DNA of 63,970 bases, filler included, from Bipalium vagum (lineage: Eukaryota): the NCBI GenBank assembly GCA_037834085.1. It is 3 parts of 3 records of this genome, joined end to end, with 100 filler letters (N's around TTAATTAATTAA, not from the genome) between each part and the next. Parts side by side here need not be neighbours in the genome. Positions count along the whole stretch, not along the records: positions 19,815 to 46,951 come from JBBMKC010105673.1; positions 47,052 to 63,970 come from JBBMKC010086609.1; 1 more part is not named here. The stretch is one strand, 5' to 3'. Within the stretch, counting starts at the first letter, position 1; each line of letters opens with the position of its first letter. Below the pieces are notes generated by a model. That model saw only the letters and a program-made list of their open reading frames with translations, was not told the DNA's origin and did no database searches. Made by a program: the position numbers and the translations under genes. Positions 40,301 to 51,700 of the stretch are shown here, piece after piece.

Positions 40301-43300
40301 CAGCAGAGGACGATATCAATCAAAACAATAAGGACGAATCACCATAGAAAGCTTCAAAGACACTGTGGACAATTAACATTTGTAAAACTTAGTAAGGAAT
40401 CTCTATTAACATTTTATAAATCTGTGCGATTTTTCGTAACAGCAGTTTATTTTATTCTTAAAATATATTGTCCACTATCAAGCAATCTTTACCTATTGAC
40501 TTGGTAATATTATTAACTAACTCTTCTAAATAAGTGCTCGAAGCTTTTCGAGAATCAAATAGTTTTATTTTTCCTCATTTTCTTCTTTTTATTTTTAAAA
40601 TTAACATAGCCGCTAGCTGGTAAATTGCCGAGAACTTTTTCGCATTAACCTAAGTTTGTGCCAAAAGATTTCTTTACTTGATAATCCCATAGAGTTTAAT
40701 CGTAAAAATCAAATTTGCAAATAAATATTTTGAAACAATTTGTTATCTCAGTTTATTTGAGTTTTTATTTGACCGTTTATTGTGACAGTAAATTTCAGTT
40801 TTTGTGCTTGAACGTTCATCCGTAAGTCCAAATGTGCCTGGAACCAGAAATGCGAGAACTTCATACATTTGTGACATGGAACTGAGATTTTAGCTGATAA
40901 CAATTTGATAGTCTCTGTCAGTTGTGGCTGATCGATTTATGCTTGTTTTGTAATTTCTAGGATTATTGGAATGTTGCACTAATGTGTGACTGTTGTTATT
41001 GACGAAATTTATAGAACTGTTATAGTTCATTGAATTGATTTAAAGAGAAACTTGGACATTTTATGGCAAATCCACAGCATCAATATTTTTATATGACATT
41101 GGAAACCCGAAATCGATTATTTCTTTAGCTTTACATTTTTTACTAGAAATATATTTTGATACTGGTTGCATTTTTGTGAAATCGGATTTTAACCGACAAT
41201 GTACAATGAAGAATTTCTGATACCAGAGAGATAAGTGAATTTTTTAATGGAATTACCAAATGAAAATGACTGTTGATTTACTAATGGCAAAGAAATTTGA
41301 CAAATTTGTTTGTTGAATATTTTTTAAAATTTTTCGTTTTCGATTTTTATTAAGACTGATTACGGAATTATGTGAATTATTATACTTATTCTCTAAATAT
41401 TGTCTTATGAAAAATAAAATAATTTTCTTAAATTTAAAAAAATGCTCAATCATCATAAAATCTTTAAGCGACTTTTAATATTATAGAGATAAAAAGGTAA
41501 TAGTAAATGTTCATTAATTTTTCAAATATTTCTATTTGTATTTCTATTTCTTTTTTTTTTGATTTTCATAAATATAAAATAATTTTTTAAATTTGTATTA
41601 TTTATTTACTTAGGAATCTCTTACGTTAATATAAAAAAATGTAAATGGATTTTAAATTAAATTTTATGTTAAAAAATTTTTATTACAATTTAAATTTTTT
41701 TAAATTTTTCTTATTTTTAAAAAAAAAGTATAAAATATTTAAACTAAAATTCTAACATTTTCCATCTGTTCAAAAATCTCTTCTGGTGCAATAATCACAG
41801 GAGCTTCCTCTAGAATTTTTTGATGGCGACGTTGAACTGAACAGTCCCGACCAAAGAGACTGATAGCTTGACCATATTGGTCAGCAAGTATCTGGACTTC
41901 TAAATGGCGTGTGTGATCAGCAAATTTCATGAGAAATATTGGAGATCCTTGCACTTCGTTTTGAACCTAATTATTTTAATTAAGAATATAAATTTTGTGT
42001 AATTTTTTTTTTACTTGAAAAAAGAGATTTTGAAAATTTTCTGAATTTGATGCTTTTCTAATTCCTTTTCCACCACAACCTTCTGAAGCTTTTATCATAA
42101 CTGGAAACCCTATTTTATCAGCTGTTTCAAGTGCCACAACTGGATCAGAAACACATGCTTCAAAGTAAAGATCTTGAGGAATAAGGGTTCTCAATGAATA
42201 AATGCTATTTGATGTAGAGGTTTGTGATTCAGGATCCGAAAGAGTGGGTTTTTGTGTTGCTTCAAAAAAAAACTTAGCTGGACAATGGTATCGATTCTTA
42301 ATAGTGAGACCTATATAATATTATAAAATATTATTTCATTCACTTAAGTGATTTATAGGGATCAAATATTCATTAATAATATGATCATATATTAGATATT
42401 TTGCATATGAAATGCTGTTTTTTATTGCATTTTTGAAGACAGTTTTTGAAATATATGAGATCACTCACAATATAAAATATTAACAAGCTAATGCATGATA
42501 TATTTTTTAATAATATTATTGATTTCAGAATTCGAATTTTATCCTGCAATATTTAAATTTTGGTGATGAAATGTATAATGACATGTGAATTATAATTCAT
42601 TACGAATTCATTTTTAGAAATAATGCCGGGACAGCAAGTATGTATCTCCAAAAAGTGTATGGAGATAATATTATATTAATATTAATAAAAAGATAATCAA
42701 ACATGATTCAATTTAAATAAAATAATAAAATATTTACATATAAAAAAAATTATAAAGTAGATTTTTAAATATCTTATTATAATCAAAATCATTATGATTC
42801 AAAAAAAATTTTAAATTTCGACAGATTTTACTTCTATTTAGTCTTAACTGATTAAGTTATAGGAAGAGAAATTTCCACACATGGATTTTTTAAATTAAAG
42901 AAAAAAATCAATTTGTAAATTTTCCTATTGTCAATTACTTGTAAGATGTTTATTGGTGATAATAATGAAAAAATTAATATAAAGTTAAAACTATACATTA
43001 ATAATTTTACATCAAAATTATTTATTGTAGGTTAAGGTATTCTGTAACAATACTTTTTTTAGTAACAGTCTTTTATTCGGTTATAAAAACTAAAATTTTC
43101 AAAATTCAATTAACTCTGAGATATAGGCACTTATTCACACGTTTTTGACAAAAAATCGAATTATGATGACAGTACAATGAGCTAACTAGTTTCGGATGAT
43201 GGGATGAGTTTTGAACTTTCATGTATTTGCATTTAACTTTTTGAGATAGTGTCAAACAGTGGTTTCCAAACTATGTTCCAAGGAACACCGGTGTTCCGCG

Positions 43301-46248
43301 TAAGATTTTGAAATATTCCGTAAAAATTTTAATTTAAAATATAAATTTAACATAATATATTCAAAATTTCTAATTATGTAATCATATTGAATTGAAGAAA
43401 TATAATATATTTTGTTAAATTTTTATAATAATATAGATGCTTCGCAGAAAATTTTTGATTAATGAAATGTTCCGTGACGTAAAAAGTTTTAGAACCACTA
43501 GTTCAAAAAATTAACCGCTGTGAATCTTAGATTTTTAATATCACAATTAATTTATTTATTTTTCAATAAAAATTTTGAATCAAAATAATAATCAAATTTT
43601 TAAGTTTTGTAGATTAAAATCTTACCACTACCACTCCATGGTAATGTTGGTATATTATTACTTTGAGCAATGATTGTAGCTGCCACTTTATCTCCTAGAC
43701 ACCACATAGCTTCGTGTGGTGGTCCTAGTTATAATTTTGAAATTTTAATTATATATTTTCTGAAAAATACCTATGAAAATTATATTATGTTTTGACAAGA
43801 TTTCTGGTAGTTTTGGATTTTCAGAAGCGTGTCCCCATCCTGCCCACACTGCCTGAAAATTTATAATTTTTTGTATTTTTGAAAATTTTAATCAAATTCT
43901 TGATATTAAGTGTTATGAATTTAAAATAATAAAATAGCAAGAAATAATTCATATTACAAGATAAAATGACGAAAAAACTTATCTGAGATGAAATAAATAA
44001 ATTATTGAAAGAATTTCAAAAAAAATTATCTTATGGAGCCAAATGTTGTTTTCCAGTATGATAATCCTTTTGCAAAATCTGCTTAACATGCAAAAGAGTG
44101 ATTTTGAGTGAAAAACTTTGAGGTTCTTGAGTGGCCATCATGCAGTCTGAATGTAATCCCATAGAAAACTTGAGGGAATCATCACCAGACAGGTTTACAG
44201 CTGTGACCGAAAATTTCAAACCGTTTCACAACTCAAAGTCCGTATTTAAGAATCAGGGGTGTAAATGACACGATAAATACCGACACACCTTGTACAATCT
44301 ATGCTGCATCACATTTATGAATTGATTTTAAAAAGGTAGGCATGTAAAATATTAAATTTTTTTGCTCTTTTTATCTTTTTATCTTCGTAAAAAGTTTTTG
44401 AATGCAATCTGTGGTGGATCTATTCGTTTTGTATTGCCAAGAAATCAATTAGATGCATCTAAAATTGCAAATTGTTCAACAGAAAATGTCCAATTCTTCT
44501 TCATGCTAATGTTCTCCAATTTTTGTACAAATCATATTACACGCAATGGGATACGAAAATTTCTAATCCACTACATACTCCGGATTTTTCGCCTACCGAC
44601 TATCATTTATTGAATATTTTAACATATTCATAATAGAATTTTCAATAACCAAAGTGCTGCTAAAATGCTTTCCTTCAATTTATCGAATACAGAATTAGAT
44701 TTTGATAAATAAGCTTCATTCCTGTTGTGAAGCATATGTAAACGATAGTGGTTGTTATTTTGACTAATAAAATCTATTTAGACCTGACTTATCTAAGTTT
44801 AATGTTAAAATGGGACAGTATTTTAAAACTTTAAAAAATATATTAGATATTTGCACAAATTGCGGCTTTTTGACTCTAACACTCATAATTTTCTTTAAAT
44901 ATATAAACTGATAAATATTGACTATTATATTAATTTTAGTAAATCTATTAATAATGATAATTTCGGTTACATTAAATTTAATCTCCGAAAATAGAAAAAA
45001 TAGGCTGTTTTTGGTAAAAATTTAAGTTATGTAAAAAAGAAGTTGAGAGATTTCTCTAATTAAAATGAATCATACAAGTACCAAAAATGAACCGATAGTA
45101 TAACAATAATTTCATCTTTTTCGTTTCTGGTATAAAAGATTGGAAGATTAAATCACATCAGTCGATCATTACTACAGGATAACAATCAATTGAAGTTTTT
45201 AATGAAACCTAACTAGATGTAACCATTCGTGGAGTTAAAAAGGAACTGCATGTTGACCACACATTTTTAGTTTGCCATTCAAAGTTTGAAAAACAAGTGA
45301 CGCATGACTAACTAAAACTTATAAAATTGGGTCTTTCAAAAAGTATGAAACATAAGACTGGAAAACTAGGTTTGATATTTTGACAAAATGCAATAATTTA
45401 TTTTATTTAATTTTTTTATTTGAGGACAAACATTTTTTAAACATCTAATTTCATTCTTTTAGTATAATAATAATATTTTTTTTGAATGCGGAAAAGTGAA
45501 AATTTTTCTTATTCCTGAATAGGAATTTTGTGGGTGAACTTACTATCAATAATTAATAATTTACACTTTTAATTTAAAAAGAAAAAATCTAACGTCAACT
45601 TTGGATCTAAGTGCTACATCAAGAATTAATTCAACATTTGCAAAATTGTATTGATTTGAACCACCTGGAACTGTTTCTATTTTGTCTGACATTTTAATGT
45701 ACTCAGCGTTTGCATTTGTATCCTCTGGGGTGACCATACATACGAATCGAATAGCGTGTCTATCTTTAAATGTTTCATATGCCCAACTTCGTATAGATCG
45801 AATACACTTCACTGCGGCTATACCGTTATTTGCAATCAATACCTAATAAAAATTGATACATGCTTATTGTTAGTAAATATCAATGTTAAAGTTCAGACTT
45901 ATTAAATTCAATCTTTCAAAATAAAATATATTTGGTAAAATGAATAGAAAGTTTTTATGATTCTCAGTGTTGAATGTAATATAAATTCAGTTTCTTATAA
46001 TATATTTAATAAATTGTACACCTTATTAATAGGCCGATTTCCTCCTTGATTAATAACGAATTCATCTATAGATGCTGCAAATAGTCTGGGTAAACTTATG
46101 ACACTGGTAGATAAGTTAAGCTTAAAAGAAACATGTAGAATAAGTACCGTAAACTTTCTTGACGTTTTATTTTATTTGTGTTACCTTTCTTTTTGTTTAA
46201 ATCAATATCATCTTTGGTCATATTAGAAAAACTTTGAGAATTTGACAT
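25302..46248 (-). CDS. ACC: Acetyl-CoA carboxylase, 5' part (biotin carboxylase, BT, BCCP, start of central domain; about 1158 aa traced)
   Basis: Minus-strand exons: 46248-46148, 46103-46022, 45842-45594, 43852-43771, 43724-43626, 42310-42015, 41966-41757, 38627-38454, 38408-38083, 37972-37822, 37775-37672, 33890-33809, 32325-32114, 32066-31833, 31785-31587, 27838-27529, 27453-27164, 25766-25611, 25420-25302. All are GT-AG, phase-consistent and free of stops. Motifs [53 protein letters not shown], biotin motif EVMK, AALEVYVRRAY. Confidence 0.95.
25930..26655 (+). mobile_element. Internally deleted Tc1 (DD34E) element
   Basis: [10 protein letters not shown] and [12 protein letters not shown]; right end ...CTCACTG followed by TA. 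Confidence 0.7.
29295..30048 (-). mobile_element. rosa (DD41D)-like mariner fragment
   Basis: [25 protein letters not shown] and WIGRRG; one terminus CAGGGTGTGC. Confidence 0.75.
30055..31400 (-). mobile_element. Decayed maT (DD37D)-like transposon
   Basis: ILFSDEKF and [17 protein letters not shown]. Confidence 0.7.
32612..33608 (-). mobile_element. Decayed mariner with TIR remnants
   Basis: TA-TTAGGTTGTCTCACATGAAAT versus inverted ATTTCATGTGGGAAAAC; remnants QENARPR and PHHTYSPDL. Confidence 0.7.
33973..36165 (-). mobile_element. Merlin (IS1016/ISXO2-like) transposon relic
   Basis: 23-bp TIR GGATCTATTAAATCTGACAATCA, identical 8-bp flanks AATATTTT, and a subterminal tandem repeat. Transposase remnants CFAC..DGCVWRC..KC, QIDEA and NVESFNN...FLNEFMF. 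Confidence 0.85.
34738..36025 (-). mobile_element. Full-length rosa (DD41D)-like mariner nested in the Merlin element
   Basis: Perfect 31-bp TIR CAGGGTCTTCCAAAAGAAGCTTTACTACTTT with TA flanks; [27 protein letters not shown] and [11 protein letters not shown]; frameshifted. Confidence 0.92.
36420..37260 (-). mobile_element. Decayed mariner
   Basis: [11 protein letters not shown] and PTQSPYS on the minus strand. Confidence 0.55.
40700..41400 (-). mobile_element. Possible PIF/Harbinger nuclease relic
   Basis: [22 protein letters not shown] and AFG-like segments; highly decayed. Confidence 0.35.
43257..43500. mobile_element. hAT (Charlie/Buster-type) MITE
   Basis: Ends CAGTGGTTTCCAAACT and AGTTTTAGAACCACTA with internal TGTTCCG repeats; the 8-bp flanks are only partly similar. 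Confidence 0.7.
44300..44820 (+). mobile_element. Mariner 3' fragment
   Basis: TYSGFF.PTDYHL-like segment and a mariner-like C-terminus. Confidence 0.5.
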
Positions 46249-46651
46249 TAATGTTTAATAACAATAATATTTTTATTAAATAAACGAAAATTCAAAATAT
46301 CTAAAATTAAATTATTGAATTTTTTAACCTTGTAATGAAAGCTTATTTAAACAATGATAATTTCAATTTTGTCCTTAAATTATTTTTATTATGAAAAATG
46401 ATCCAAATTGCTAATAAAATGAAAAAAATTATAAATAGAAATACTGCAAAAAATTGAGATAATTTTTAAAAAATAATAAATATTGAATTGTTTCACAGAA
46501 ACGTAGAAAAATTAAACTATTCTTTTTCTTAACGGCATTCTACTAACGTTAACTCAACTTATAAACTTAAGGTCATACTAGTTATATAATTTCTCACTAA
46601 AATTTACCATTTAATAAAACAATGATACATGTAATTTGTAATTAATTTGTA

Positions 46652-46788
46652 TAAGGGGTCCGTAAAAAAAACTACGTTTTTAAAAAATTATATTTTTATT
46701 ATATATTATTATTATATATAATAAAAAATGTTTTTGTAGTATAATAATAAATAATTTAGAAAAAACAAAGTTTTTTGCGGACCCCTAA
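46652..46788. mobile_element. 137-bp mariner-type MITE upstream of ACC
   Basis: T(A/T)AGGGGTCCG(T/C)AAAAAA inverted ends with TA flanks. Confidence 0.75.
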
Positions 46789-46879
46789 TATATACGTGGT
46801 GTAGATAAAAAGTCATTAGATTCGAATAGAAATATAATTAAGAATTTAATAAAATTTTAAAAATAAATAAATTAATATA

Positions 46880-46951
46880 CAGTGCAACTTCTATTTTGGA
46901 CCAATTTCTGAAATGGACCACTTCTATAATCGGACCAAACTCCATATTTGG
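46880..46951. mobile_element. Left end of a pogo/Tigger-like element cut by the gap
   Basis: TA-CAGTGCAACTTCTAT with repeated GGACCA motifs. Confidence 0.45.
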
Positions 46952-47051
46952 NNNNNNNNNNNNNNNNNNNNNNNNNNNNNNNNNNNNNNNNNNNNTTAAT
47001 TAATTAANNNNNNNNNNNNNNNNNNNNNNNNNNNNNNNNNNNNNNNNNNNN
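46952..47051. other. Artificial contig spacer (44 N + TTAATTAATTAA + 44 N)
   Basis: Same structure as 19715-19814. Confidence 0.95.
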
Positions 47052-47290
47052 TGTTCCATTAGAGTCCAGTTCAATTCCTGAATAACCTTCAATGTCTTCA
47101 TTGATTTGTGAGGCTTGGCATTATCTTGGTGAAAAATCACTTGTTTTCGGTTTATCAAACTGCTCCAAATTTCCTACATAATGGCATGAACTCTTCTTAG
47201 CATGTCACAATAAACATCAGAATTAATGGTTTTCCGGATTTGAGAAACTCCTGATAAATAATTCTACGAGAATCTCACCAAATGTATAAA
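47052..47290 (-). mobile_element. Mariner fragment
   Basis: TINSDVYC and VIFHQDNAKPH. Confidence 0.65.
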
Positions 47291-47479
47291 AGAACCTTGT
47301 TTCGTCTAAGGTTGCGTTTTTCAATTTTAATTAATATTTTTATTGTTTTTATATATTTATTTTATATCCAAATTATATTCATTACTTATTCTCATTCTCA
47401 AATTATTTTGTCGTTAAATTGGAAATTTTCTAATAATAATTCTGTTTACTCGCTTATAATAATATCTTGGCTATTATTT

Positions 47480-47900
47480 TAATATTCATTTTGAAGGGCA
47501 ATCTCAAATCTTTTTTTATAGTATGTCAATATTTAATTGATCTTTAAAAATGCAATAAAAATTTTAGATAGAATTAAGAAAAAATATTGTATAGGGATGG
47601 GTCTCCTATGTCAGCTATTGAGTAAGGGTATTCAAACCTTATGTCAGTGCCTGGAATGGAATTAACATTTCAGACAGGCAATGAAAGCCACAAAAACATG
47701 GAACATAGAAAATGTCCGGATATCGTCAATAATCAGTTGACCCAAACTCAAACTGGTTGTCAACTGGCGGAAAGAATTTTCTGCCATTATTCCACCATTA
47801 CATTGCACTTATTCAATTGGAAAGAATAACCGATGAGAAAATGAATACAACATTAACCTGGAAGTATACCAAATCAATCCAAATCAGACTTAGGTTCCTA
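47480..47900 (+). mobile_element. Possible Penelope-like relic
   Basis: GSPMS (RT-like) and CQCLE..QTG..EH (GIY-YIG-like) across frameshifts. Confidence 0.3.
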
Positions 47901-48707
47901 CTTATGGAGTTAAAAATGAATTTTGGATTTAAGTTTGTTTTAATCTTCATTCATTTATTTAATTTTTTGATACGGATCATGTAGCAATTATTATTGATTA
48001 AAATACCAGCATAAAAGAATTTTATTTTCACGATAACTCAGAAAGCTTATAAACAATTAATTATTTATTTAAGACATTAAAACAAATCATTAATAAACTA
48101 AAATTAATAAATTTTTAATAAGGTCTCGATGTTTATATTTAGTAGTTTACTTAATATATTATCTATTTATATTATCAATATAAAAATATATTGTCACATT
48201 CAGTTAAATATAATAAAATCCTAAAACGTAAATTAATTTGTTTTAATTAAATCATTGTAAATAATTCGGTTTTTAATTTTAATAATTAAAGTGATGTTTT
48301 ATTAATAAGTCCTTGTTAGAAATTATGAATAAATATCCCACGATCATAAATTAAATTTTGTTAAATTATTGTTTTAACATAATAATATTAATACTAATTC
48401 TAGTAATAATTATTAATAATAAAACATAATAATACTACTGACAAATATGACTAATAATTATGATATTAATAAATATAATAAATAATTAATAATAATGATA
48501 AATAATGGGAATAATATTATTATTATATCGCTGAAAAGTTAACACCTGCAGGTCAATTTCATATGCATAATTAAAATCAAAACAATTTTCAATGACAGAT
48601 GAAAGATTGAATCGAATACAAGAAACACATTTCCAAGCATGTTATGATTCGATTTCTAAAGAGTCCTTCCTTGATAATGATAAAATGGTCTTCCAATGCC
48701 AACGGAT

Positions 48708-51700
48708 TCAATCGCAAACGGATTCAACCACGTTCTTTTGGCAAAAATCACATTTCACATCACAACACCATTGAAATTTGCAACGACATTGTTCCATCCG
48801 GGTTAGCGTTCGTTTCGTATGACCTCTTCCACAACACAGTTCACTGCAACTCCCGGTTGTTTGATCTGACTGTTTTTCGGACGGTATGGTGGAATCGTCA
48901 CATTTTCGTCCCTGTGTACCTATGCTTCCAATGTGGGGATTGTGAATACAATAATCTGGTGATCTGCTGAGATAGATGAGATCGTTGTCGGTAAACATGC
49001 GATTAGTTGAATAACGAGGTACGAGTCTGGAATCAACGAAGTGTACTTGCATTGCTTTGTGGAATCTGGATTTTAGTAGATCTCCGACCTGCCTGAAATC
49101 AGGTAATGCTCTGATGCACGTTTTCATCTCGCAAGAACCACTGACGCCATGGCATTTACACTTTTTCCCCATTTTCGAAATTACTGCCTAAAGATATGGA
49201 ATTATTTAATTAAATTAATTATTGTTTAATTTCTCAAATGAAATAAATGTGAGATAAAAAATTATCAGCTAAAGTTTACTTTGTCCTTTGATGTTATGGC
49301 AGATGTAAAAATTTCTCTTTTGCCAAGTATAGGGTGTCTAATAAGTATCCAATTAGCTTACGTTTCTTTTCAAATGATAAATTATTTCTTTTTCGTTTTT
49401 GACTCATCTTTGGCATATTCATAATAGGCGGATAATATTCATTATTTAAACAAAATCAAATGTTATTGTTCAGTTGTTTTAAAATAAATAAATATAAAGA
49501 AACTTTGCTTATTTAAAATTAATTAAAATGATCAAGGTTCATATCGAAAATCCGTTTTCCCTTAAGTCTGTGCATTTTTAATAAGTTTTAAGTCAAATTG
49601 GGTAGCTCAAAAGTTCATCCGGTTTCTGCGAACGCATTACTTCAATAAGAAATGTTTTATCTGCGAAAGTAATAAATCTAACATACAATCTTTAAATTAT
49701 AATAATTAAAAATAATTTTGTTTAAATACATCACTTTATTTGAATTGATAAAATATATTTAGCGTTGTTTTCAAATGGACTATAACAAAAAGCATTTCCG
49801 ACATATTTTTGTTTTTTATTTTGGAAATGGCAAAGTTGCAGCAAAAGCGCATAGAAATTTGTTATAACCGAACATACATGTCAGATATGGTATAAAAAAT
49901 TTAAATCCGGAACCTTTGAGGTTTATACTGCTTTCCGTTCCGGGAGGTCAATTGAAATTTCTGATGACCAAACAAAGTCTATTTTTATAATTGATCGTCA
50001 CCTAACGGTTGATGAAATAGCAGGACAGTTACAAATATCAAAAATAGTTGGTAGTAGACCTTTGGTATGACTGGGATACGTAAAAAACTGGATATTTGGA
50101 TTCCACATCAATTAGCAAATAATCATTTAATATAAAGATTCTATATTTGTGATATGAATGTTAAAGCGTAACATTACCGATCAATTTCTGAAGAGATATA
50201 ACTGTCAATTAAAAATAGAACATAAATTAATGTAATCAGTATAAAAGTCATCTCTAACATAAAACGACTAAATTTGATCGAGTTTGCAGTATCAATTTGA
50301 GACAACAGTTTGTCAATAACCAAGTACTTCAAAATATAAAATTTCGTTCCAGGTTCCACCATACACACAACAAACAATTTTTACCATTTATTGGGCCTCT
50401 TGCAGTTGGATTTGGAGTCTGTTCTGTAGGAACCCATTGACAATAACATTCACAGCTCTTATACAAAATCAACTTTTCATCAGAAGTGGCAATTCTATCC
50501 TAAAATGGATCTTTGTTATGTCTATTATATTTGCATTTGAAATCATGATCTTCAGACTTCCTATCAATTGATAAATTGTGTGGAATCCAAATCTAAGCTC
50601 TATGAGTTCCAAATAACATACTCATGATCTAGTACAGTTTTTTCACTACAGTGGAGATTAACAACCATTTCTTCGGTGGATCAGATTTGGCAAATTGTTT
50701 TACAATTTAATTATCCAGAATCTGTGGCCGGTCAGCTTTTGAGTAGTCTACCATGATTATATCACAATTTCTGAATATATTGAATATGCATATCATATCG
50801 GAATTTCCTTTATTCTTAGGTGAGCAACTCTTGCATTACAAGCCTGGTCAAATTTACACAGTAAACTTTGTATAATATGTATTTTATCTGAATTCAAATC
50901 TTGATATTTAAAAATGCATCCAGCAACAATATTATTTAAACAAAGAATCGATTAAACATTCACTTAATCATTAAATCAAATTTTATTTAATATCAAATAA
51001 GTACTATTAAAATTGTACTTGCAAAATCGTCAGTTTCGTTTTGGAGCATCTTTTGATGTCTATATTGAACTGTGTTCAAGTTCACCAATGTTCATATTGA
51101 CCAGGTATTACTGAATTTTTTATGTTTCTTCTCTTTATAAAAATATTATTGAAATAATTCAATTTAATTTAATTACAAAAGCTTCTATTATACTATATGT
51201 CAGTCGAAAAGTTTCGGGAGTGACACACAAACATTATTATTATAGTAATTAACCTAATTGTTTTCACCGTCACAATCTATAAATTTTTACATTCTGTCAA
51301 ACCACTCATTAAAACATTTATTCCAATCCGAAGTCGATATTTTCAAAGAATATGATTTGAACGCTTCTACAGCCTGTTTGGGACATGAAAACCGTTGGCC
51401 CCGCAACATTTTTTTGATGAAACGAAATGTGAAAAAGTCATATGATGGCAAATGAGAACTATGAGATGGATGGCTTAATAATTCAGCATTTTGAGTCCTC
51501 AAAAAATCAATTGTTTTATGGGCTGTATATGAAGTTGCATTATCACGAAGAAGGATAATGGAGCGTTTCAAGTTGATTTTTCTCTATACTTTGAAAACTT
51601 CAGGCAAGCAAACTGTGGTTTACCAATTCGAAATAACTTTGAGACGGTCATCTAAAGGAATGGTAACTACAAGATCTAATTTGACGATGAAACAGGCAGC

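Noticed and set aside
48592-48970. Plus-strand ORFs over the last Wnt exon, and overlapping ORFs at 52426-52688
   Set aside because: Shadow ORFs of GC-richer coding sequence.
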